Shown in pieces: positions 30,302 through 44,817 of a DNA stretch of 64,000 nucleotides. This stretch comes from the human T2T-CHM13v2.0 reference genome, Homo sapiens. Below the pieces are notes generated by a model. The model ran no database searches. It worked only from the letters and a program-made list of their open reading frames with translations, and was not told the origin of the DNA. The stretch is taken from assembly GCF_009914755.1 (NCBI RefSeq), contig NC_060935.1. One strand, written 5' to 3'. Position numbers and translations under genes: made by a program. Each line of letters begins with the position of its first letter. The stretch's first letter is position 1.

Positions 30302-32204
30302 AAAGAATATTATCAAACATATAGTCCTTACTAAAGATAACAAAATATGTATTTATTAATTGTTATAAAGTTTGTGGTACCAATAAACCCTACAGATTCT
30401 TTCTGAGTTGCCAAGAAAGACACCTTGAGTACATAAAGAATAGCTATGTGTTTCTAGGAAAAACAAGTGTGCAAATTATATAAGTCAATTTTGTACATAA
30501 TAAATTGGAAATGAAAGGATTCTAGTCCTTTGCTCTTTGGAGTTACTCTATAGTTGGTTGATTTTCCTAACATGTTATTAAAGCCTCTTCGGGCAGTTAA
30601 AAATGGATTAATAGCAAAGGGCATATTGATTAAAATATAATTTCTATTATTACAACTAAATTGTGTTTTTGCCTATAAGTAGGAAGTACTTAAGGGCATG
30701 CTTTTGACATATTATAGTTCACTTAGGTGTTTCACACAGAGCCTAGTTTCTGCTGAATTACTGGGGAGAGGTATGTATATCAGACTACCACGTATTCATT
30801 TTTAAAGAGATGTTGTGTCAGCGGGGGAAAAACATTCTTCACTTACTTTTAGTAATTTTTCCTAATGAATCAATGTAAAGTTTTTTTTAAGTAGATCCAT
30901 AACTTTTATGACCTAAAACATTATTTAGAAGTTTAAAAGGGAAATATTAGTTACAAATATATTGTTTTTTAAAAAACCCTATAACTCAAGTAGTGAAATT
31001 AACTGCTTTCTTATTGTTTCACTATCTAAATCTTACACTGTTTTGTAGCAATTTTCATGGTGAAAAATAGGAAGGACTTTCAGATGATGATATGAAAGTA
31101 GTATGGTCTAACCTAACGTTTCTTTCAGCATCCCTTGCCATATGTGTTTATAAATATATATTTATAAATATATATTTCTAAAATAAATATTAAGATGTCA
31201 CGGACTTCCTGGTTTTTTAATGTATCACACAAAATAAAAACATATTGAAAATTAAATATTATTGCATTTAATTGAGGCACATCATGAGATGGAGTTGGAA
31301 AATTTTGAAAAAATAATTATGCATCTTAGAATTGATGAAAGTTGCTAATTCACAATATGGGAGTAGTGGAATATTTTCAAATGGCAACAATGGAGGTAAT
31401 CTATATTTTTAAAATTCTATTATCTCTTTCATTAAGTAATAATAGCTAACATTTATTGAATATTTACTCTGTGGCCAGCAGCCTTCTTAAAGGTACTTAA
31501 GAAGGCCACAGTCCAGTCATAGTTTCACTAAATTGCATGTTTGCTTTGGCATTCCGTACAAATGCTAAATTTAATTATTAAATTACTAAAATCATTTAAT
31601 AATTTTGACTATTATAAAACTATGTAGAAATTTGGAAAAATCTTTGACCTATGAATAAAAATATCATATGTGAATTAAAATTAAAACTAAAAGAAAATTG
31701 GGGTAAGTTAACTAAAATAATAATTGTTCTATGCTAGGCTTATACCATTTTTTCTTAATTTCCCAAATACTTCATAATAAGTGTGCAATTTCTTCTACAA
31801 ATTCAAATCAGCAAGCAAATTTAAAACACTAAAATGCTGTGGAAACATTTTGGTGCATAATTGTATACCATTCTACAAGGTTAAATTTAATATCAAGAAC
31901 TGCCTCTTTCCTCTAATACCAATATTAAAAAGTGTTCAGAGACTAATTTGTATAATTAAATAAGAAAACATGTTTCTCTTCTGAATTCTTCACAAATGGA
32001 AGAAGTCCAATTCTATTGGTATTAGACACTTCCTCTTTAAAGTTGCAAAACTTAAAGCAAATTATTAAAATAATTATTTGACCTACTGGATGCCAACAAT
32101 ACCAATACAGCCAGCCTTCCTTTTTGGCAAATATGGCCATCCATGCCACATTAATCCCATACTTCTTTAAAAGTTTATCAAGGTCTAAAAGAGTTTAACT
32201 TACT

Positions 32205-32320
32205 CAGGTGCTAGATCCATTAAAAGACCAGCCCTCACCACTATGCAATATATTCATGTAACAAAATTGCACTTGTACCCCTTAAATGCATACGAATAAA
32301 AATAAATAAATAAAAACAAA
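32205..32320 (+). mobile_element. L1PB-type 3' terminal fragment
   Basis: 'caccactatgcaatatattcatgtaacaaaattgcacttgtacccc' plus A-rich tail. Confidence 0.65.
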
Positions 32321-32491
32321 GTAGTGCAACTATTGGCCATATCAGTCAACTAACCTCTAACATTTTTAAACACAAAAAAGTAAATGGGGAAAAATGTAGT
32401 TTGGGTGTACTGGTGAATTCATTATAACTTCAGTGCTATCCGTCCATAGTAAAAAGGGAGGAAGTTCACCAGAAATAGCACCACCTTCTAG

Positions 32492-32692
<201 letters not shown>

Positions 32693-35600
32693 TGAAAGAA
32701 AAGAGCAAATGTTACTAATGCAATATTTTTTCTTATTTTTCCAAGACCTTTCCTCTATTGACATGTAATTCATGTCTATTATCCTAAACAGTTACATTTA
32801 ATTTAATATTCAGCTCTACTAGCCATAATTTTACAAAATTACAATCAATATGAAGCTAATTTAGGAATAGCAATGAGAATTCTATCAGATTTCTGACAGG
32901 AAATAGCTGGCACTCTCAAATTAAGATAATTCAGTGAAAGTTTCTTACAAATATATAACCAGGGCTTAGGGAGCCATAAATGAGAATGCAGGACCCGGGG
33001 CTAATAAGAGAAAAAGACTTGTTACCACTTCTAGTCCAGAAGGTAGTAGGGGAGGAAGCTGTTCAGGTAAGCAGTGTCTGCATGTTTCATGGCTAGAAGG
33101 TAGCCAAGAAAAATACCAAACCTTTGGCTGAGGAATCCAGCCAGTCTGAGATGAACACACAAAGAAACCTGGAGAGTAGAGACGCTGATTTCACTTTTTC
33201 TTTCTTATTATCCGCTGCTAGGACTTCCTAATGGCCAAAGTGGGGACTGGAGCCTATTGCTCTAGCCTTTACAGGTCAACTTACCAGAAAGAGGACAGCA
33301 TGAAAAGGCAAACAAAAGAGAGCTAACTGAACAGCTAAATAGAATTAATATAATAGAATTCGGGGTCCTTCTGAATTAGTGTCTCTGATACATCACATGC
33401 AGACATGGTTTCAAGGCTTGACCCAATGTATATGCCAAATATTTACAGAGAAGGCAAAGACTATAAACCACATAGTCATTCAACTTACCAAATTAGAGAC
33501 TGAGAGACCTCCCATCTTAAAGTGATTCTCTATAAGCCTTTATGGCTCTCCCTGAATTGCTGCTGTGTCTAGATTTTTAAAATATCACTACTTTGTGAAT
33601 TGTTTTGATTTTACAAATGCCCCTATGATACAGTGATCCATATGAGTGAATATCATATAAGCAATAGCATTTACATCCAAGTCTAAAAATGGGTTACATT
33701 CAAGACTTTTTACTGGGGGCCAAAACAAATTAAATCCCCCAAACATTTCATAAATTATTTATGTTTATGTGAAGTCACAACTAATGGAAAAACAGAAAAG
33801 TTAATTAAACAATAAATTATTTGGCCCTCAAGCCACCAATCAGTTTGGATTTTCCTGATCCCTTTCCATGGACTGTAAGATCTCCCAAAGGCCTGAGCAA
33901 GGTGCTTGTAGGAAAACTTTAATCTGTGGGTTTTAGTAAATGCAGCTGTAGGTAATTACAAGAAACAGTGTCCCAGAAGAGTTTTAGAATCTCAGACCTG
34001 GGGCAAATACACTCAAGTTGATCTGCTGATCCATATGAGTTAGTGGAAGAAAAGAATCAAACAGCAAACAAACAAGAATCCAATTTTGAGTTTGCAGAAA
34101 ATGAAGACAGAGGGAAGGGAAATGTGGAATAATTATTAAATCTCTGTTCAAACTCCTAAAACAGCTGCTTAGGGTTTTCTTCCTTCTATTGTGTACATTT
34201 ACTGGGAATTTAAAGACAGTAGAAAAGGCTTTTATTTTCTTAGAAATAATTTAATCAATGACTATTCGTTTATATAGTTACAACCAATTTTTTAGACACG
34301 TGTGCATGCATGTGTTCTTATTGCTTATATATGTTTAATAAGCAGAGTCTTACTATTTAACTCAGATTTTATGTTGTCCCTTTTGTGAGAATGTTAGCTT
34401 ATAGGGGGTTATATTTTACTTGGCTTATTTGTGTGGTATATGTCTAAGTTCGCATGCATATATTTGTTTATCATAGAGCCCCAATTGATATATACTGCAG
34501 GCATTTAATGCATAAGTTTGATCATAATGCACTAAAGTAGCCAAGGATAAAGGGGTGTGTATGTGTGTGTGTGTGTGTAGCATACATATGCGTAGATACT
34601 TATAATTATTTTTAAGTGATTATATATAGTTATGAAGCCTATATATAAATGTCATGATTCGTTTGGTATAAAGTTTTAGAATTCTTCCTCCAATGATTTT
34701 GAAATGGTTTGTAGCAGGATATTCTATTCCATTTTTTACATTTTTATTTCAGGGACAAAACATTTTACCAAAGGTAGTGCTAAAGTTGTCCGAGTAATGT
34801 CAGAGGATCGATCCTTCAGTACTTAAATCTATTAATTGAAGTCATTAATAAAAAGTTGAGAAATAAGTTCTTAGCTAAGAGTTAGGGAAGCAAAAGAAAT
34901 AACCAAGTTAATTGTCCTGACCTCAAGGGGCTGAGACTCTGAAGAAGTGATGAGACATATACAGTTAAAATAATTAGGATAGATTATGATATGGGATATA
35001 AAAGAGAATTTGCAGCATTGCTATAAATTGAAAAAGAGAGGAGGGAGTTATTACTGTTGGTTATCTTGGTGAGAGTAATTTAAGCAGTGCTTGAAGCAAA
35101 ATTTTAACACTCAGAGTGGGAAGAGAGATGAGAACTAATATTTATTTATTTAATTATTGAGCTCCTATCATTTTAGATGCTGTGTTAGATACTGGAAATG
35201 CAATGCACAATGAAACAAAAATAGATCCTTCTTCTGTGGAATTTACCATGCATTGGACAAGAATATTGAGAGTTGTTTCAAGAAGTTTGAATGGGTAAAG
35301 AGGGGCTAATGTGGGGAAGAACACAGGAAAAGAGTGAAATGATGGGGAATAGTTTTGCTTGGATTTTAGTTGGTTATATGTTTCCAGGATTAGAGAAACA
35401 TGTTTGGTTTTAGTCTGCATGGAAGGAACCAGGGAAATGGAGAAATGCAAATTTAGAGACGAATAGCTGATTCAGTAAAATTGGTAAAGGAATGAAAGTG
35501 TTATAATTAAAATTTAATATGAGGGATTATTTTGGAAAATAGAGTATAGGTAAAGATAAAGAGATATTTTAAGGTTTAAAGAAGAAAAATTCGGTGCTGT

Positions 35601-36321
35601 GCACATCAAATAGCCTCATCTTTTTTTAAAAGAGGAGGCTAATTCATTTGAAACTAAGGAAGTCAGGGCAAGGTTTGAGCCCATGGAGAATAGAGATTTT
35701 GAAAAATGCTGAAAGAGCTGGAACATTTCATGTGGTCACATCCTATTCAGGACTAGATGCGGTCAGACAGCATGGCTGTGTTAAATATCCAAGAGGTATG
35801 AGCAAACAGACATGATTCTTGCCTGCATAGAATATTTGATCTAGTGAAGGGTACATCCAATAATCAATTATACAAATAAATATTAACTGGTCAACTGACA
35901 AGAAAAATATGCCAGGGGATAGATTTCATAGAGAGCTAGAGGGTTGGAGAGAACTCAGTGACTGACTTTGGATTCTGCGTGGCAAATAAAGCTAAGTGTA
36001 GTGTCTGATGGACCAGGTTGATAGAGAAAGATAAAGGAAGGATAAATTATGAGTTCAGTAGGAGTCAGAAAGTGGAATAAGTGAAAATACATGCAACTGC
36101 AGTTAGAAAGCAGACTTGCAATGTTTTACTAGAAGCAGAGCAGTTACAAGAGACAAACTGACTCCTGGCAAAACTGTAATTTGTGTGCCTCAAGGAGAAA
36201 TGGAGCCCTGACACAGGTGTGTGCAGCAACCCCACACTCACCAGTGAGAGCCTGGCCCATGCCATGTATCCAGCAATTGACCATATTAATTTACAAACAT
36301 GGACTATTCCAAGGTAGTATA

Positions 36322-36625
36322 AGTCATATATGAAACAACGTTTCTTTCTACTTTTGTTTAAAGCTATTATTGTTGCACTCACTTACATTCCGTGTATTAG
36401 ATGATGTTCCAGCTTATTTGGCCACTCTCTCATTGGGTGATCTTGCAGCCTCGCAGTAAAGAGAACCATTTCTAGTCATATATGAAACAACATTTCTTTC
36501 TACTTTTGTTTAAAGCTATTATTGTTTCACTCACCTACATTCAGTGTATTAGATGATGTTCCAGCTTATTTGGCCCCTCTCTCATTGGGTGACCTTGCAG
36601 CCTCGCAGTAAAGAGAACCATTTCT
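36322..36625. repeat. Tandem duplication, 2 x 152 bp
   Basis: 36322-36473 vs 36474-36625, 6 mismatches, with 'ag' junction microhomology. Confidence 0.95.
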
Positions 36626-37479
36626 AGAAAAGACATACGATTAAAACATGGCATTACATTTAAGAAAGTTAGAAAATAGCCCAAGCAAAGTTACTTGAAA
36701 TTAAAACTGACCTAATGGAATAACCTACAGGGAATAATTTATATTTCTCTACAGTAAGTTTATCCGTGTATATTCATTTTATAATATGCCATGCTTGAGG
36801 CTTTTCCCAGAATATAAAAGGCTTTTTGCAAAATGATGTCAATCACAATATTTGGTTCTGAGAAAAGTGTCACTTTATCAAATTTGTCTTTCTATTGGAC
36901 TGTTGAGTAAGATTTTTAACAAAGGAAAAAAGGCATATCTGGTGCTGTTTATCCCTGTTTTCTTTGCAAGGTCTATTTTTGTCAAATGAGTTTATTCCTT
37001 GTTTAAACATACTGTGCCTTTTCATGCCTCTATACCATTTTCCTTCTATCTTATTCACTTGAAATGTCATTATTCTTTTGTCTATTCCTATTTCTCATCC
37101 ACAAACTCATAGTCATTCTTTAATACCCAGCTGAAATATGACCTTTTCCCTCTGAAGTAGCCAATCAAAACTAATCTCTACCTCATCCGTAATCCCACAG
37201 ACCTTTGTTTGTCATATTTTATGAGATTTATAGCTGGTGTTCCTAATTCTATGTCCCTGCCTTTGCACTCCGAAGGCATGGAAAATATTTTATCTGCATG
37301 TGCGTGTGTGTGCACTCGTGTGTTTACTTTCTTTAATGACCACCTGCCTTATTCAAATAACAGACATTCACACATTACTTTCAATTTCTCCTTACTCTAT
37401 CCTGGAGTAAATTAGACTTAGTTAGTACTGCTATAGTTTACGCTATAATAATTTAGCATTTCTTTCCAATTAAAACACT

Positions 37480-38120
37480 TTTTTTTTCACTTGGCTTCCA
37501 GAGCACCGTTCTCTCCAGTTTTCCTCCCACAATGGGTCAAACTTTCTTAGTCTCCTCTGAGGTTTCCTTCTAATTGTTTGTAATAATAATGGCTTATCTC
37601 TTGACTATCTCCTATTTCCTAGTAGACTAACTCCCATCAAGGTCTAATCCAGGTTTATGACTGAAATACTATTTACACACCTGGAATTGACAGATTTATA
37701 TTTTAGCCCAGCCAACTCTCTACTTGTTCTACACATTTAGAGTGCTAATAAGCTATTTATATTTAGAATATCCCAAAGGGAGCTCCCTGCCACCACCAAT
37801 TTTCTCTTCCTGCTATTTCTCCTCAGGTCAGAACAACATCCTACCATTATCTTATGCAAAAAGACTTAACACATGACTTACACGTTGACCCTATTCTTTC
37901 CCTCCTTAATTTTGGTTCAAAGCACTTATTACCGTCTAGCATACAACATCTTTGACAAACAGACTTTTTAAAATTGTTGTTCTCCTCCTATTAAGCAAGA
38001 AAACCCCATGAGGGTGGGGATTTCCATTAGTTTTTTTCACTGCTGCACTCCTTGTTTCCCTGAATAACAAAATATATTCAAAACAGGTATGTAGTAGGGG
38101 CTTAAATAATATTTTGTTGA
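37480..38120. mobile_element. L2 fragments
   Basis: 'ttcacttggcttccagagcaccgttctctccagttttcctccc' and 'ccccatgagggtggggattt...ttcactgctgcactcc'. Confidence 0.55.
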
Positions 38121-38296
38121 TTAAGGAAGTGAAGTCATTCTAAGTAGATTGCTAAATAATTTATTAATGTTATTGGGTTCAAAATTCAGTCCCTTTACAG
38201 CTTCCTCAACTGTGAGATGCAGAGGAAAATCTTGTGTCTTTATTATTGTTTTCATCCATGTCTGTTCTGACAAAACAGAGCCATGTCTGCTTAATA

Positions 38297-38624
38297 TAGT
38301 CATACACTGCATGTGGATGTTTCAGTCAACAACAGACCACTTATATGACGGTGGTCTCATAAGATTATAATGTCATATTTTCACTGTACCCTTTCTATGT
38401 TTAGGTATTTTTAGATACACAAATACTTAGCATTGTGTTATAACTTCCTATAATATTTCAGTACAGTAACATGGTGTACAGGTTTGTAGCCTGGGAGCAA
38501 TGAGCCTTACCACATAGCCTAGGTGTATAGTAGGGCATACAATAAAGGTTTGCATATGTACACAATATGATGTTCTTACAAGAATGAAATTACCTAATGA
38601 CACATATTTTTAGAATGTATTCCC
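38297..38624 (+). mobile_element. Tigger3a (MER7A) non-autonomous DNA transposon, right terminus missing
   Basis: 'agtcatacactgc...gtttcagtcaacaacagaccacttatatgacggtggtctcataagattataat...ggtttgtagcctgggagcaat'. Confidence 0.85.
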
Positions 38625-38909
38625 AAGAGAAATTAGTCTATTGGAGCAGAAAAGTGTATTGGGTGGTTGACGTTTTCAGATAACTAGAAAGTCACAGAAT
38701 AAATGAGTTCATTCTCTTGATTTAAGAAAATCTAGGTTCTACTTCCTGTTTCACTGTGTTTAGTGATGTAACTTCATTCTGAGTCTCAGGTCCTCAGCTA
38801 TAAACTAGAGTAATAACACATTCTCCATCTTTAAAGGGAGCTGAGTAAATAAAATGGGACTCTCAGTAAGAATGTGATGAGAGTACTAAAAACTACTAAA
38901 AAGATGTCA

Positions 38910-38914
<5 letters not shown>

Positions 38915-38968
<54 letters not shown>
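38915..38968. repeat. (TA)n microsatellite
   Basis: About 27 uninterrupted TA units. Confidence 0.97.
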
Positions 38969-38969
<1 letters not shown>

Positions 38970-39225
38970 CATAGTTTGAACCTTAACTCTGTCCTGAGAA
39001 AAAATGTGTATTGCAATGTAACTGAGCTGCAATGATTTCCAGATATTATAATTAATTTGTGGTGGACCCAATATTAAAGTTGGGTCTTTTGAATTGTAAA
39101 ATAGGTTATTTTTCACCATAGTAAGTTTTATTAACATCTAAATTAGATAATTTATGTTCACCTGATTTAAAGGGCCTGAGAAATATGTCATATGCTAATA
39201 ATGAATTTAATAATAGCAACAATAG

Positions 39226-39537
<312 letters not shown>

Positions 39538-39915
39538 AGTATCTAACACTTTCAAGCACTTACCATACATCAGACACTACATTAACTGATAACATCATGT
39601 ATTATTTTATTTAATTCTCAACGCTGTGTAGTTGCAATTATAATCATGTCTATTTAAAAATATAAAAACAGAAACAGAATGATTAAATAATTTGCATAAG
39701 GACATAAAGCCAGTAATGGTAAAATTGGGATGCCAACCTAGACAGCTTTCTAACACAAAAACAAGTTCTAATTTGAAATTAGAATTATATAATCTGGAGT
39801 CCATACAGCAGCGTTCCAAGAAGGCAATCACTCTTAACTGAGAGTTAAGTTTGGGGAACATCTGGAAGACTCATGATAAATTAAAAACAAAGTAACTGTC
39901 TAACATTGTCAGCAG

Positions 39916-40391
39916 ATGTATGTTCATTCTGTGCTATTTGCAATAGCAAAGACATGGAATCAACCCAGGTTTCCATCAATGGCAGATTGGATAAAGAAAA
40001 TGTGGTACATATAAATGTGAAGTATTATGCAACCATAAAAATAGAATAAAATCATGTCCTTTGCAGCAGCATGGATGCAGTTTGAGGCCATAATCCTAAG
40101 TGAATTAACACAGGAACAGAAAACCAAATACAGAATGTTCTCACTTACAAGTGTGAGCTAAACATTGAGCACATAGAGACAAAAATGTTGGAACAACAGA
40201 TGCTGCCGACTACTAGAGTGGGGAGGGAGGGTGGGAGATATGGGTTGAAAAACTACCTATCAGGTACTATGCTAATTACCTGGGTGATGGGATCCGTACC
40301 CCAAACCTCAGCATCACAAAAGATTCCCTTGTAATAAATCTGCACATGCACTTCCATGTCTAATATAATAAAAGTTGAAATTAAAAAAAAA
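39916..40391 (+). mobile_element. L1PA15-17-type 3' fragment
   Basis: ORF2 end and 3' UTR 'aaaactacctatcaggtactatgct...ccccaaacctcagcatcac...aaaagttgaaattaaaaaaaa'. Confidence 0.82.
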
Positions 40392-40494
40392 TACAGAGTA
40401 ACTAATACTAGGGTACTCTTAAGACATCATCACTTTGTTGCATAACTCTTCAGTTGTAAAGTACTCAGTCTCTCCAATAATTCACTCTTCTTGA

Positions 40495-40544
<50 letters not shown>

Positions 40545-40854
40545 GGTGGTTGTTGTTGTCTTTTTTGAGACACAGTCTCACCCCAGCTGGAGTGAAGTGG
40601 CGTGATCATGGCTCACTGCAGCCTCGAACTCCTGTGTTCAGGCAATTCTCCCACCTCAGCCTGCCGAGTAGCTGGGACAGAGGCACATGCCACCATGCCC
40701 AGCTTTTTGTTGTTGTTGTTGTTTGTTTGTTTGTTTGTAGAGACAGGGTCTCCCATGTTTCCCAGGCTTGTCTTGAACTCATGTGTTCAAGTGATCCTTC
40801 TGCCTTGGCCTCCCAAAGTGCTGGAATTACAAGTGTGAGCTCCTGCACCCAGCC
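40495..40854 (-). mobile_element. AluJ SINE whose tail has become a (CA)n/(CAA)n microsatellite
   Basis: Antisense Alu 40561-40854 with (GT)n at 40495-40542. Candidate TSD ctcttctt on both sides. Confidence 0.85.
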
Positions 40855-43800
40855 TGCTCTTCTTTGTAATTTCTTCTGTGAACTGATTCATCGTAATGTT
40901 GGAGAGTAATAGCAGTAATTCTCTCTGTGATTATCAAGAGCCAATAAAATAGTTATGACAAATATCAATCTAATTGGAAGCACTACTGCTTGAAGTCATT
41001 TAAAAAGCATCACTTAAGAATGTTCTTTCAGTAGTTATCCTGCATTGGCAGAAAGGGGCAAAGATGAATGAACAGGCGCAGGTCTCCTCCAGTTCTGACA
41101 GTTCCTTTCCTCCTGATAAACAGCTATTCTGGCAGGAAAGAAAACGTAATCTCCCTCTGACCTTTCTCCATTTGGATGAGTGCACCGCAATGATTCTGTA
41201 CTGTCACAGAGAAAAGATCCAAGCGAAGGGTGAGGAAAGCCTATGGATAATTCACTGTACTTGATAAGGTACTGAGGAACAGCTATAAAATATGCCTATA
41301 CTACACCAAGTAGAGACATTGTACAAACAACAACAACAATAATAACAATGACGATGGCAGTAAATGTATGTGTTGAACACATACTATGTGTCAATATTAT
41401 GGTAAATACATTATGTGGCATATTTTGATTCTGTGTTGTATAAATGTATTTGAAAATGTCATTCATTAGTTTTAACCACCTACTGCCTCTTCTTAAATAG
41501 ATAAACATGACATTTCCAAAAATATGACCTAGGTGATTCAGACTTGACCACACTAAGGCACAAGGTAGTGAAGTGATTGGTCCAGGTCATAGCTGAATAA
41601 CTTTGATCTGACACTCTACCATTCTTCTCAGAACATAGCTCAAGTTCCCACAACTCCCTTGATGTCTGTGTCTTCATCCTTAAATGAAGGGAATTATTTA
41701 ATTGCGCAAATTTCAAGCTCTTCTCAAACTATAAAATGCTACAATGTAATGGTTCTGTCTTGCAAATGCATCATTTTAGACACCATCTGGAATTGATAAC
41801 ATTCCAGAGATCTACTGAAGGTAAGTGGGTGAGTGGCCACACAGGGCTGGGACAAACAGAGAAAATATTATCCAGATATTAAAATAGTATTATATAATTA
41901 TAAAATGTTATAGAAATGTTTATGATATAATAGTGAATGGAAAAAAAGGAAATTCTAAAATAACGATTATTCTGTGATGATACATATGTCCATGTACAAA
42001 AACTAGACGGAAGAACATGGACTAATTGTCTCACGATTTCTTGGCTATGGTGTAATACTAAATGATGCTTTTATATTGAACATTAGTGTTTTCACAATGC
42101 TGTTTAAAATATGAATTTTGAATGAGATTTAATTTTAAAAAGGTGGCACAATGACACTTCTGAAATTCAAAGGGTGCTCTGGTTTTAGTGCTCACATAAA
42201 ATGGCTAAAATTATCTCTTCAATGTTTGTTATAAATAATTATTAGAAGACACTTTTAAATCATTATATCTTCTTTGTAAAACCATCAATCCTAGCACATA
42301 TACAAGTTGGTAATTAATTCTTAAATACTCATTTTTTCCTCAGAAATCAACTTACTGTAAAGGATGAATAGCTTAAATAAAGTGAAAAATACCTGAATTC
42401 ATTCATTCATCTATTTATTCAAGACACAATAGTTAACTGCCCGCTCGGTTTTAGGCACTCTTTCGGCACCTGGGGATTCACCAGAAACTAGACACTTTGT
42501 ATATAGCTTTGGACCTATAACAGTCCAGAGATTAAAGTGAACTCTATCAAAAAAGGGGCTCAAGAAGGGATTTGAAGCCAGTTTGTTTCCTTTGTCCTCA
42601 CTGAGAATGCAGCAAAGTGAAGATGGTTGCTGAGCCTTGTTCCTGTGCCATCTTCCTGAGTAAATGTTTCCAGTATACAGTGTGTTGCAGAAAATAATTT
42701 GGAAACAGTCCAACTCAGCTTCCTTTGTTCAATTACCTGTCATCAGATCATTTGTTTTATCAGACAGAAATCATTGTGATGACAGGGGTTTGTTTACTTT
42801 GCCCCTGTATTCCCAGCATCAAGGACAGCACCTGCACTCCATCCGTGAAGGTCCAATCAGAGTTCAGTTCACATGAACAAGTGCTGGATTACCATGTAAC
42901 AAACTTGAGTCCAGTTTGGTTCTATCTCTCAAGTACATTAGTCTACTTGGCTAATTATAGTCATTTACAAAGCACCTTCTATGTGTCAGACATATAATAC
43001 CTGCTGTTACTTTAATCTCACACTGTCACAGTGTCATCCCTTTTTACTCTACCTCATTGTGCCTCAGTTTTCTCATCCATAAAACTGTGATAGTGATAGT
43101 ACCTAACTAATGGGCTTGTTGTGAGAATTAAATTTTTAGATTAAACAAAGTGCTCATGAAAAAGCCTAGGCACGTAGTATGTACCAAACAAGTTTAGAAT
43201 AGTATATTATTATTTAAAACTCATGGTAACATTTTGAAGAATATTGTACTATCTTCATTTTACCAAGCGGGAAACAATGTATGATGGCTAAGAAATGTGA
43301 TCAAATGCCCACATTGCTGAGCCACTGAATTTAGAGATATTTCTTCACTCTGCTCTTCCTCTCAATTTTCTTGCCTATGTTCTTAGATAAGATCCTAACC
43401 ACTTTCTCTTTGGATTTTGTCAGTAACTTACTTCAGATCTCCCCTTTCCTATTTTTAACCATCATCTTTTACATTATCTGCACATTCTACTTTTGATACG
43501 TTTTTCAAACAGATATCAAATTATATTATTCCTTCTTCCTTAAAACCTAAGTAGCTTTCTAATGCCTCCAGAACAGGCTACAAAGTTCTTAGAAGAGCAT
43601 TCTGTGCTTTTCATATTAAACAGACTTCTCTGATACTCAAACTTTACTCAAAACTCTAGACAACTGAATTAAGATTAGGTAGTCAAAAATCAGGTAAATC
43701 TGGGTTCATATCCAGTTACTAATTATGCAATCACCTCATTATTTTACTTACTTAATTCTTAGCATCTTATCTGGGGAATGGGGATCATGGCCTGAAGAGC

Positions 43801-44817
43801 ATGACAGAGAATTCGTTACAAAATCTTTTTTTTTTTTTTTTGGACACTAGTTCTGATGGCACAAGAATGATCACGTAATACATTCAGAAGATAATATATT
43901 TAAAAATTCCAACAGAAATCTTAAATACGAAAAATGAAGTGGGACAAAAAAACAGAACTGGCTGGAGTCAAGCAGTGAAATGGCATTTCAAAATTAGATT
44001 GTTAAACCAGTGTAATTTTGAAGAAAAAATTCAATTAGAAATGAGATACTTATTTTTTGTTGCAATAAAAATATAAGACCTGAAATGATCAAGAGAAAAT
44101 AATGTTAGTCATGATAATTTTATTACTATGCAGATTAAAACAGGTTTGTAATGGCTTTACCAGTAATAAATAGAAACATTCTACATCCCACTCCTTACTT
44201 GAAATATTAAGAACTGATATCTGATTTTATAGCTGTCTAAGAATATGCTTTCCTACAAATAAATGCTCTCACATAGATTTTATGTTAAATATAGGTTAAC
44301 TGACAGATTATTTTGAAGTGCTCAAAGTGATTAATCAAAGCTGTTTCATTTAGTGATGAGAGGTATTCACTGAGATTTCAAGATTTCATGTTTAGTTAAA
44401 TTAAGATCATAAGCATGGAAACTCACTTGAACTCAAGAAAATATTTTGGGCATGGGGAAGCTAAATGGTAATACTTTGAAATGTAATCTTTGCATTAGTA
44501 ACACTAAGCTAACTTCCAGCTATCTTCACATTGATTGATAGTGCTACCTGAGAAGTAAACACATAGTTTTGATTGTTTTAACCTAAACAATTCATGTTAG
44601 AGAAAATCATACTTTGAGCACTTATTTATACAAATATTTATTAAATACTCACTAAGGATCAAACAGTATGCTAAGTGCTAAAAATAAATGAAGTAAGGCA
44701 ATATTTTTTCTGATTTTACAGGGTTTATAATTTAATTTAGAGAAGGGGATAAGAAAATAATGAAGGCAATTATTTTGTGATAGTATGTATATAGGATAGA
44801 GAAGGCATTATTATAGC

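Noticed and set aside
30560-30840. Repeat-free stretches with homeobox, AP-1 or octamer-like words (also ~41000-41270, 42560-42900, 62620-62790)
   Set aside because: Short motifs are expected by chance; enhancer status cannot be supported without conservation or chromatin data.
32875-33310. Possible ancient LTR fragment
   Set aside because: Resemblance too weak to assign a family from memory.
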